Shown here in pieces: positions 19,484 to 27,305 of a DNA stretch of 64,000 nt. Location of the stretch: contig CAZNHL010000003.1 in NCBI GenBank assembly GCA_964572965.1, forward strand, positions 10,492 through 74,491, read 5' to 3'. Each line of letters starts with the position of its first letter. Position 1 is the first letter of the stretch. The notes under the pieces are model-generated. The model was not told where the DNA came from, did no database searches, and saw only the letters and a list, made by a program, of their open reading frames with translations. The position numbers and the translations under genes are program-made. This DNA is from an uncultured Bifidobacteriaceae bacterium. GTDB taxonomy: Bacteria; Bacteroidota; Bacteroidia; Cytophagales; UBA9547.

Positions 19484-20717
19484 GAATGGTATTTAAAACT
19501 GTGGCATAGCGTGCAACGCCTTTATCAAGGGAGAAATATGCTATTGCATGCTCATGCAGCTCGTTCTTTTGAAGTAACTCCGGGATTTCAGTAACTACTT
19601 TACGGAAATTACTTTCGTCCAGAATGTCCATCACAAGGCCTGAGTTGTACTTTAACACAATTTCTTTTGTATCACCTACACCGGAGTTACAAATAACAGG
19701 AATATTCATACTCATTAATTCACCTTGTTTTGTCGGAGAGGATGCCTTCTTCGAATAAGCAGGTTTTATAAAAAAGACGGAGAGGTCAGAAAGGCTAAGC
19801 AAAGTTGGTATTTCTTTCCTCTGAGCTGTCATAACTCTGATATGTTTTTCGGGGATCCCCTGCTTTTCGGCCTCACTCATAACAAGACTGTGCTCATCCT
19901 GAGTGATAAACAAAAAAACAGCTTCAGGGTACTTCTTCAGAAATGCAGAGAAGAAAGACAACATCTCAGGTAAACAATACCATGTACCAAGTGCCCCAAG
20001 GTAACTAAGTACGGGGCCGGTATTGCCTAGACTAAGGCTTGTTTTATATTCCTCTCTTATGGTTGTATTAATCTTTTCAGGATTAAAGAAAGCAGTATCA
20101 ACACAGCAGGGAATAACAGTGATTTGCGGTTTTTTTGTAAGTGCAGGCCAGGATAAAATTTCAGACTTAGCAGCTTCCGTTAAAGAGATAACATGATCAG
20201 CGTTAGTAAGGAATTCAATCTCTTTACGTTTAAAAAAACGGTAAATAGTACGGTATACAGGGTTTTCCAGCTTCCAGAGTCCTCCGTCAACTCTTTCGTC
20301 TGCCCAGAAACCTCTCATATCGAACAAGAAAGGCAGACCAGTCTTTTTCTTCAGCTTATTACCAATAAGTGCTGAAATATAGCTTCGGCAATGCAAGCCG
20401 TCAAATTGCTCACTCCGATGAACTTTCAAAACGGTCTGGTACATTTGGAATATATCCCACAGTGTAGAAATAACAGGAGGTCGTTTTGTATAAGTTTTAG
20501 GAATCCATTTTATATTATTAGCGTCAAGTTCCTGTTTAATAATTAGTTTCAGTTTTTCATAACGCTCCGGCTTTTCAAAAGAAAGAATGGTGTACTCAAA
20601 ACCTAATTGTGACAAGCCTTTTAGGTAAGGAATGACCTGAGACTGACCAAGAGGATCAGTCATACCGTCGTAAGATATAAATAGTACTTTTTTCAAGTTA
20701 AATGGAATTGGCTTCAA
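19473..20717 (-). CDS. Glycosyltransferase family 4
   Basis: 414 aa, GT-B. The track start is TTG. An alternative TTG at the complement of 20694-20696 gives (M)KKVLFISYDGMTDPLGQSQV. Its 3' end overlaps the convergent SDR gene by 11 nt. Confidence 0.8.
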   Translation of the reverse strand: MKPIPFNLKKVLFISYDGMTDPLGQSQVIPYLKGLSQLGFEYTILSFEKPERYEKLKLIIKQELDANNIKWIPKTYTKRPPVISTLWDIFQMYQTVLKVHRSEQFDGLHCRSYISALIGNKLKKKTGLPFLFDMRGFWADERVDGGLWKLENPVYRTIYRFFKRKEIEFLTNADHVISLTEAAKSEILSWPALTKKPQITVIPCCVDTAFFNPEKINTTIREEYKTSLSLGNTGPVLSYLGALGTWYCLPEMLSFFSAFLKKYPEAVFLFITQDEHSLVMSEAEKQGIPEKHIRVMTAQRKEIPTLLSLSDLSVFFIKPAYSKKASSPTKQGELMSMNIPVICNSGVGDTKEIVLKYNSGLVMDILDESNFRKVVTEIPELLQKNELHEHAIAYFSLDKGVARYATVLNTILNG

Positions 20718-22545
20718 GCCATTGGTGTAATAAAATAATCAGTAACAGTCTGTTGTATAAATAGTCTTCACCGTTCAAAAAACGGGCTTTAAGATTTTGC
20801 ACTGAATCAGCATCAACCAGACCATACTTACTCAGTACTTCAGTGCTGGTATAAGTTTCAAGATAACTGCGCAACTCATTTTTCAGCCAGCTTGAAACAG
20901 GTACTGAAAAACCCCATTTAGGTCTTTCAAACAGTTCTCGAGGCAGGTGTTTATAAAGCACCTTTTTCAACAAATACTTATCAGTTTTACCTCTGGTCTT
21001 AAGGGATGGATCAAGATTAACAGCAAATTCAGCAAGACGATAGTCAAGCAATGGCTCCCGGGCTTCCAGACCAAACTGCATGCTGGCTCTGTCCACTTTA
21101 ACCAACAGATCATCTTTCAGGTAATAATTAATGTCAAACAAGGCTTGTTGTTCGGTGGTAGTAAGCTTACGGCTTACTGTATCCGGACCGTTAAATATTA
21201 AAGGCTTTGAACCCTTGAAAAGCAATTTTCGGGACTCTTTCTGTGAAAAGAAATACTGCTCCTGAGAAAATATATGAGAAGGAAGAAAGCCTTCATCATT
21301 TTTCAACAATTGACCAATTCTTTTATAGCGTTGATTAGGTTGCAGTTGTAATAATTGAGCCAAAACAGGCCTGCTAAGTTTCCATGGCAACGACTGCATC
21401 CTCGCAGCCCAACGGTATGCTCCGTAGCCCCAGAACAATTCATCGCCGCCATCACCTGTCAGCACCATTTTCACTTCCTTTCCCGCCAGTTTTGAAACCA
21501 GCATAGACGGAATTGCTGACGTGTCCGCATAGGGTTCGTCGTAAATTTCAATGATCCTGGGAAAATATTCTATCGCTTCTTTTTCAGTTACAACAAATTC
21601 ATGATGTTTTGTTTGAAGCTGCTTTGCTACGGCTTCGGCAAACGGGGCTTCATTAAATTTGGACTGCTGAAACCCTATCGAATATGTGTTTAAAGGCCCC
21701 GATGCTAAACGGCTCGCCAAGGCAGTCACAAGGCTGGAATCTACACCGCCACTCAGAAATGATCCATAAGGAACATCACTGATCATCCTTAATCTTATTG
21801 AGTCGTTCAGAAGCTCTTCTAATTGCAATGTAGCTTCTTCCTCATTCTTAATCAGATTAGGTTGAACTTTATCATAAACAGACCAATATTGTGAAAACCG
21901 AAGTGGTTTCTCTAAATCAATCTCGGCAAAATGTCCCGCCGGAAATTTATGGATCTCTGTATAAATCGTATCAGGTTCCGGAATATAACCCAGATGGAGA
22001 AAATAGCTGATACTATCATAGTTAATAGTAAGCTTATTCTGCAAATGCTTTAGGCTTTTTAGAGCTTTAAGCTCTGAAGCAAAAAACAGCTCCCCATTTT
22101 TATAATAGTAAAAGAGAGGTTTTACACCAAGTCTGTCTCTTCCTATAAAAAGCCTTTTATCAGTTTTATCATAAATGGCAAAAACAAACATGCCATTGAA
22201 CAACTGAACTGCCTGACTGCCTTTTTTAATATATGCTTCGAGTATTACCTCAGTATCGGTATGTGTGTGCTGGCTTATGCCCAGCTGTGCTGCAATTTCC
22301 TGGAAATTATACACTTCTCCATTGAATACAATGACATAACGACCACACTTAGAATGAAAAGGCTGATTTCCGGCAGGAGTAGGGTCAAGTATACTCAATC
22401 GTCGATGCCCTAAGCCAACATAGCCGTCCTCAAAAAATCCTTCTGCATCCGGACCGCGATGAGCAATTTCTCTTGTCATCTGCAACAGCTCCTCCGTGCG
22501 AAACGGAGTCTGATAATTACTAAAGTATCCTGTTATGCCACACAT
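20698..22545 (-). CDS. Asparagine synthase (glutamine-hydrolysing) family amidotransferase, copy 2
   Basis: 615 aa. It has MCGITG (the Cys nucleophile), HRGPDAEG, HRRLSILD and the PP-loop FLSGGVDSS. It is clearly divergent from copy 1. Confidence 0.9.
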   Translation of the reverse strand: MCGITGYFSNYQTPFRTEELLQMTREIAHRGPDAEGFFEDGYVGLGHRRLSILDPTPAGNQPFHSKCGRYVIVFNGEVYNFQEIAAQLGISQHTHTDTEVILEAYIKKGSQAVQLFNGMFVFAIYDKTDKRLFIGRDRLGVKPLFYYYKNGELFFASELKALKSLKHLQNKLTINYDSISYFLHLGYIPEPDTIYTEIHKFPAGHFAEIDLEKPLRFSQYWSVYDKVQPNLIKNEEEATLQLEELLNDSIRLRMISDVPYGSFLSGGVDSSLVTALASRLASGPLNTYSIGFQQSKFNEAPFAEAVAKQLQTKHHEFVVTEKEAIEYFPRIIEIYDEPYADTSAIPSMLVSKLAGKEVKMVLTGDGGDELFWGYGAYRWAARMQSLPWKLSRPVLAQLLQLQPNQRYKRIGQLLKNDEGFLPSHIFSQEQYFFSQKESRKLLFKGSKPLIFNGPDTVSRKLTTTEQQALFDINYYLKDDLLVKVDRASMQFGLEAREPLLDYRLAEFAVNLDPSLKTRGKTDKYLLKKVLYKHLPRELFERPKWGFSVPVSSWLKNELRSYLETYTSTEVLSKYGLVDADSVQNLKARFLNGEDYLYNRLLLIILLHQWLEANSI

Positions 22546-23685
22546 TTACGAAAACAGCTTTATAAAATTAGCACTATTGGCTCTTACACTATAGCCTTGC
22601 TCAAGCGTTACTTTTCCGGCATTGCCAAGTCTTTTTCTTAATGCCTCATCATTCAAAAGGGTAACCAGCGCCGACTTCCATTCTTCTGAAGAGTTTGCAA
22701 TCATCCCATTGTTCCTGTCTGAAACAATGTCCAGGTTTGCACCTACACCCGAAACCACACACGGAATTCCAAGTGCCATATACTGTAAGGCTTTGAATCC
22801 ACATTTACCTCGTGTCCATTGATTATCCGACAAAGGCATAATACCAATGTCTATCCGGTTTAAATCCTGGATTTCGCTATCTTTTTTCCATTTTACAAAA
22901 TGAAAATCCTTTAAAGCCAGATGCGGATTTTTGTCGGCAATCACCAGCGTTTCAAAATCATAATCCGTCTCCAATTTCTTAAGTACAGGAACAACAGCAT
23001 CCAGGTACTTTAAAGTGGAATGTGAGCCTGTCCAGCCAATGACCAGTCTTCGGTTTTCCTTATGTTTTAATATGCTGTAGTGATGATCCGTATCGATGGT
23101 TGTTGGGTTAAACACCACAGAGCTATTGAACTGCCTGGCATAATCGCCCAGATAACTATTACCAACACTTACTTTATAAGCCCAACGACAGATAAAAGCT
23201 GTTTTCCGATGAAATTTGATCCAGCTTACTACCTTATTTTCTGAAGAAGTATTGGATAGCCAGATGGCATCATCAAAATCGTAAATAATCTTTTTTCTGA
23301 TCACTTTTGCCACAAACCACTCAAACCAAGGCAAACCGACAGGAGTTGCTTCTCTGTGGATAAATATAAAATCGTAACGGTGGACAGCAAAAAGAAGCAA
23401 TAGCCTTTTTAAAAAGCCCTGTAATACGGCACTAACCTTTTTTAAATAGTGGCCTGGCTGATATAAATATTGCCAAGCAGTATCTGATAAAAAAGCCTCT
23501 GTTTTAAATTCAAAGCCGGATTCCGTTAAAAAATTATAATACTGTTCAAAACGGAACCGCTGTGAAGGAGCCTTACCTGTGGGGTATGGAACTATGAATA
23601 ATATTTTTTTGCCCTGACTCAATAGCGTATGTATGGAAGTAAAGATAGGTTTATTGTAGACTTTAAGAAAGTCCTGTAAACCCAT
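22546..23685 (-). CDS. Glycosyltransferase (GT-B, GT4/GT1-like)
   Basis: 379 aa. The C-terminal half GFKALQYMALGIPCVVSGVGANLDIV matches the GT-B donor-binding region. Its start abuts the upstream stop and its stop abuts the next start. Confidence 0.75.
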   Translation of the reverse strand: MGLQDFLKVYNKPIFTSIHTLLSQGKKILFIVPYPTGKAPSQRFRFEQYYNFLTESGFEFKTEAFLSDTAWQYLYQPGHYLKKVSAVLQGFLKRLLLLFAVHRYDFIFIHREATPVGLPWFEWFVAKVIRKKIIYDFDDAIWLSNTSSENKVVSWIKFHRKTAFICRWAYKVSVGNSYLGDYARQFNSSVVFNPTTIDTDHHYSILKHKENRRLVIGWTGSHSTLKYLDAVVPVLKKLETDYDFETLVIADKNPHLALKDFHFVKWKKDSEIQDLNRIDIGIMPLSDNQWTRGKCGFKALQYMALGIPCVVSGVGANLDIVSDRNNGMIANSSEEWKSALVTLLNDEALRKRLGNAGKVTLEQGYSVRANSANFIKLFS

Positions 23686-24549
23686 TTAGAGAAGATTTCT
23701 TCCTTGCAGGCCACCTGTATGTATGGCAATAATTGTTTTACCCTTTTTGAAATAACCTTTTTTTAAGAGGTCATAAATACCAAACATCATTTTCCCGGTA
23801 TAAACCTGTTCCAATGGAATTTGATGCTGAGATTCGAAACTATTGATGAAAGATACTAACTCAGGTTTTGTTTTTGCATAACCCCCAAAATGATAATCCG
23901 TCATTAGCTCGAAGTATGCATCTGAGTTTAAACCCGATTCACGAAGAAGCTTATTAATATCATTGAGTAAAAAATCGCCGCCTTTGAGCGCAGGAAAACC
24001 TAATACCTGTTTATCATTATCAATAGCACCCAGAATACCCGCCAATGTGCCTCCTGTACCTGCTGCACAACACAAATAATTATATGGAATAGAAATCTGT
24101 TCTATGATCTCCTGGCAGCCTTTCAACGCATAGCTGTTTGAACCACCTTCCGGCACTATCAGGTAATTAGGATAAGTAGTCTTTAACGATTGTAGATAAA
24201 CTTCGTCAGCACGTAACTTATAGGTATCCCGGTCTACAAAAACCAATTGCATGCCGCACTCTTTGGCAAATCTTAAAGTCGGATTGCTATAGGCTTCAAG
24301 CTCTTCACCACGAATAATTCCTATAGTCGGTATATTAAACTCTTTACCCGCAGCAGCAGTGGCATAGATGTGATTGGAGTAGGCTCCCCCGAAGGTCAGA
24401 ATTCCCTTTGTCTGTTCTTCCGCAGCAATGAGATTGTATTTAAGCTTAAACCACTTGTTGCCGGAAACAGTCGGATGAACAAGGTCAGTACGAAGGATAA
24501 AAAGCTTAACACCCGCCTTTTGGGTAAACTCATCACTGATTTCCTTCAA
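23686..24549 (-). CDS. PLP-dependent enzyme of the ACC deaminase / D-cysteine desulfhydrase family (tryptophan-synthase-beta fold)
   Basis: 287 aa. The SGNKWFKL motif contains the PLP lysine context. It also has FGGAYSNH and GTGGTLAG (the phosphate-binding loop). The TTG start is the only start codon after an upstream in-frame stop. Confidence 0.8.
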   Translation of the reverse strand: MKEISDEFTQKAGVKLFILRTDLVHPTVSGNKWFKLKYNLIAAEEQTKGILTFGGAYSNHIYATAAAGKEFNIPTIGIIRGEELEAYSNPTLRFAKECGMQLVFVDRDTYKLRADEVYLQSLKTTYPNYLIVPEGGSNSYALKGCQEIIEQISIPYNYLCCAAGTGGTLAGILGAIDNDKQVLGFPALKGGDFLLNDINKLLRESGLNSDAYFELMTDYHFGGYAKTKPELVSFINSFESQHQIPLEQVYTGKMMFGIYDLLKKGYFKKGKTIIAIHTGGLQGRNLL

Positions 24550-24609
24550 AGGAATTGTGGGGTTATAGGTGATGAGTTTTGAGTCCAGAATTTGAAGATT
24601 TAAAGATTA

Positions 24610-24660
24610 GAAAATTGGAATGCGTTCCTTTACGCTAATGGTTGAAGAAACGCATTCCGC
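24610..24660 (-). terminator. Putative terminator downstream of ribH
   Basis: A 9-bp stem, GGAATGCGT (24617-24625) with ACGCATTCC (24650-24658), is followed on the minus strand by AATTTTC. The loop is long, so confidence is moderate. Confidence 0.45.
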
Positions 24661-24677
24661 ATTATGCGTTAAGCATC

Positions 24678-25154
24678 TTAAAACCCTAGCATCTTAATGG
24701 CTGTAATGGCAGCTTCATCGCCTTTGTTGCCATGCTTTCCGCCTGAACGGTCCAAAGCCTGTTGCTGGTCGTTTGGTGTAAGCACACCGAAAATAACAGG
24801 TTTGTTAAATTTAAGGCTTACTTCAGTAATGCCATGAGCCACGGCATCACAGATAAAGTCAAAATGGCGCGTTTCTCCCTGTATAACACAGCCAAGACAA
24901 ATAACAGCATCAATTTTGTGCTTCTGAGCCATCCATTGAGCACCAAGCGTTAATTCAAAGCTGCCGGGTACCAGTTTTGTATATATGTTTTTTTCTTTAG
25001 CGCCATGCTTTAATAGTGTATCAACAGCACCTTGATATAATTTATCAGTTACATCTGTATTCCACTCAGCAACCACAATCGCAAATTTCTTTTCGCTAAT
25101 GTCGACCAGGTTTTTGTCGCTGTAAGTACTCAGGTTTTTTAATGAAGAAGCCAT
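24678..25154 (-). CDS. ribH: 6,7-dimethyl-8-ribityllumazine synthase
   Basis: 158 aa. FAIVVAEWN, VPGSFELT and GCVIQGETRHFDFI are canonical RibH motifs. Confidence 0.95.
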   Translation of the reverse strand: MASSLKNLSTYSDKNLVDISEKKFAIVVAEWNTDVTDKLYQGAVDTLLKHGAKEKNIYTKLVPGSFELTLGAQWMAQKHKIDAVICLGCVIQGETRHFDFICDAVAHGITEVSLKFNKPVIFGVLTPNDQQQALDRSGGKHGNKGDEAAITAIKMLGF

Positions 25155-25212
25155 ATTATTAAATGATAAATGGTGAATTGTAAATGAGGCAATCTTTTCC
25201 TTTTAAATAAAT

Positions 25213-25240
25213 AGAGGGATAAAGTTTCCTTCATCCCTCT
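25213..25240 (-). terminator. Putative terminator downstream of the TPR membrane protein gene
   Basis: An 8-bp stem, AGAGGGAT (25213-25220) with ATCCCTCT (25233-25240), is followed on the minus strand by ATTTATTT. Confidence 0.4.
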
Positions 25241-25282
25241 GATCTCTATTCGCTAATGACTAATTGCTATTCGCTAAAAAGA

Positions 25283-25996
25283 TTATTCTCCAGCCAATTC
25301 TTCAGTCAAAGCTTTATATTTTCTTGCGTCGTTAGCCTGAGGAGTTGCAGCATAGTTATCTGCAATTTTACCGTAAGCTTCTGCTGCTTTCTTGAATTCT
25401 TTCTTTTTCTCTAAAGCTAAACCCAATTTCAATAGGTAGCCTGGAGTAAATTGTTTGTTAGGCTTGTAGTTAGCAGCTTTTTCGTAATACTTAACAGCAT
25501 TTTCAAAATCTGCTTTTTCAGAGTATGCGTCACCTATAAGGCTGTAAGCACGTGCCTGAAGCAATAAATCTGAAGCAGAGAATTTATCAAGACGCTCGAT
25601 TGCTTCATCAAATTTTCCTTGTTTCAACAAAGCAGTACCTGAATAGAACTGAGCAAGGTTACCGGCAGCAGTACCACTGTAGCTATCAGCAATTTCAAGA
25701 AGACCAAGGTTGTTACCGTCGCCGTTCAATGCTTTTTTCAATGAATCAGCTTCGAAATAGTACACAGACTGGAACATTAGCTTTTGAGCTTCCTGGTTCT
25801 GAGTATGTGTGTAATATTTGTAGCCGCCAAAAGCCAATGCAAGGAAAAGAATTGCTCCACCTACATAAGAAATAGTTTTAGCATTTCTTTCGAAGAAATC
25901 TCCTGCTAAATCAAATTCATTGTGAAGTGCTTCAGGGCTTTCAATAAGCTCTTCAATTTTGCTTTCTGCCTTTTTAGTTTTTGGTGTAGTTGCCAT
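25283..25996 (-). CDS. Single-pass membrane TPR protein (YfgM-like)
   Basis: 237 aa. It has one TM segment (ISYVGGAILFLALAFGGYKYY) followed by TPR-like helical repeats. Confidence 0.75.
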   Translation of the reverse strand: MATTPKTKKAESKIEELIESPEALHNEFDLAGDFFERNAKTISYVGGAILFLALAFGGYKYYTHTQNQEAQKLMFQSVYYFEADSLKKALNGDGNNLGLLEIADSYSGTAAGNLAQFYSGTALLKQGKFDEAIERLDKFSASDLLLQARAYSLIGDAYSEKADFENAVKYYEKAANYKPNKQFTPGYLLKLGLALEKKKEFKKAAEAYGKIADNYAATPQANDARKYKALTEELAGE

Positions 25997-26044
25997 TTCT
26001 TTTTTTTGTTTTGCCCGGTTATGCCGGTAAAAATGTTGGTTATA

Positions 26045-27079
26045 TTATTCAGTGATGAAAGGATAATCTGCGTCAACGTAAACGTCTTTCCATGCCTCTT
26101 CTGGTTCTGGGTATGGAGATTCTTCAGCAAATGTTACTGATTCAGCAACTTTAGCTGCAATGGCTGCATCAATAGCATCCAGTTCAGCTTCAGTAGCAAT
26201 CTTTTCTTTCAATATTTTCTCTCTGATCTGCTCTACCGGATCTTGTGCCTTGTAAGACTCCAATTCCTCTTTAGTTCTGTATTTAGCAGGATCAGACATT
26301 GAGTGCCCTTTGTAACGATAAGTTCTGAACTCAAGGTAAGTTGGTCCGTCGCCTCTTCTTGCTCTGTCGGCAGCTTCAGCCACAGCCAAGTGAACAGCTT
26401 CAACATCCATTCCGTTAACAGGAGCAGCAGGCATATCATAACCTTCTGCCATTTGGTATAGCTCAGTTACGTTTGAAGTTCTTGCTACAGAAGTACCCAT
26501 TGCATAACCATTGTTTTCTACAACAAAAATTACAGGTAGTTTCCATAACATAGCCATGTTGAAAGTTTCGTGGAATGCACCCTGACGAGTAGCACCATCA
26601 CCCATGAAACAGATCGCAAGGTTACCGGTTTTATTGTATTTTTCAGCAAATGCCAAACCAGCACCCAATGGTATCTGGCCACCAACGATACCGTGTCCGC
26701 CTACAAAGCCAACTTCTTTATCGAAGATGTGCATAGAACCACCTTTACCTTTAGAGCAGCCGGTAGCTTTTGCGAATAATTCTGCCATAATCGCATTAGG
26801 AGAAGTGCCTAATGCTAAAGGAAAGCCGTGGTCACGATAAGCAGTGATCCATTTGTCGCCTTTTCTCAATGCAGAAGCAGAGCCTGAAGCACATGCCTCC
26901 TGACCGATATAAAGGTGACAAAACCCTTTAATTTTTTGTTGTCCATACAATTGACCGGCTTTCTCCTCGAATTTCCTCATCAATTGCATAGAATCATACC
27001 AGTATATATATGTTTCTTTCGAAAAAGTTACTTTAGATGTCCCTTTCGACTTGGTCAGTTCTTTTGCAGTATTTGCCAT
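26045..27079 (-). CDS. pdhA: Pyruvate dehydrogenase E1 component, alpha subunit
   Basis: The ThDP-binding motif is GDGATRQGAFHETFNMAMLWKLPVIFVVENN, with YRYKGHSMSDP at the phosphorylation-loop region. The track start is TTG; the ATG at the complement of 27077-27079 gives MANTAKE. Confidence 0.9.
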   Translation of the reverse strand: MANTAKELTKSKGTSKVTFSKETYIYWYDSMQLMRKFEEKAGQLYGQQKIKGFCHLYIGQEACASGSASALRKGDKWITAYRDHGFPLALGTSPNAIMAELFAKATGCSKGKGGSMHIFDKEVGFVGGHGIVGGQIPLGAGLAFAEKYNKTGNLAICFMGDGATRQGAFHETFNMAMLWKLPVIFVVENNGYAMGTSVARTSNVTELYQMAEGYDMPAAPVNGMDVEAVHLAVAEAADRARRGDGPTYLEFRTYRYKGHSMSDPAKYRTKEELESYKAQDPVEQIREKILKEKIATEAELDAIDAAIAAKVAESVTFAEESPYPEPEEAWKDVYVDADYPFITE

Positions 27080-27256
27080 TATCAAAAATCGTTAACAAAC
27101 AGAATGCGAATTTATATAAAATACTTGAATAAAACGCAAATCGGATTGAGATATTAGACTTTAGAAATGAGAGAAGAAAATAAAAGTATTTTTGACATAC
27201 TTTGACAGGGTCAGCAAACAAGTGTAAATTAATCAGAATAACTGTTTTTTTAAATT

Positions 27257-27288
27257 AAGAAGCCTGCTACATCAGTGGCAGGCTTCTT
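27257..27288 (-). terminator. Hairpin immediately downstream of the T9SS propeller gene (probable terminator)
   Basis: An 11-bp perfect stem, AAGAAGCCTGC (27257-27267) with GCAGGCTTCTT (27278-27288). The U-tract on the minus strand is weak (AATTT). Confidence 0.45.
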
Positions 27289-27305
27289 GATTTCTTCAAA
27301 ATTTC

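Noticed and set aside
25155-25282. A possible FMN riboswitch upstream of ribH.
   Set aside because: The 128-bp gap is too short once the upstream terminator hairpin is accounted for. I could not find the conserved FMN-element core sequences on the minus strand.
25906-26140. Small ORFs (74 and 72 aa) spanning the gap between the TPR gene and pdhA.
   Set aside because: They overlap the well-supported ends of both flanking genes. They are Lys/Phe-rich, low-complexity and have no motif.
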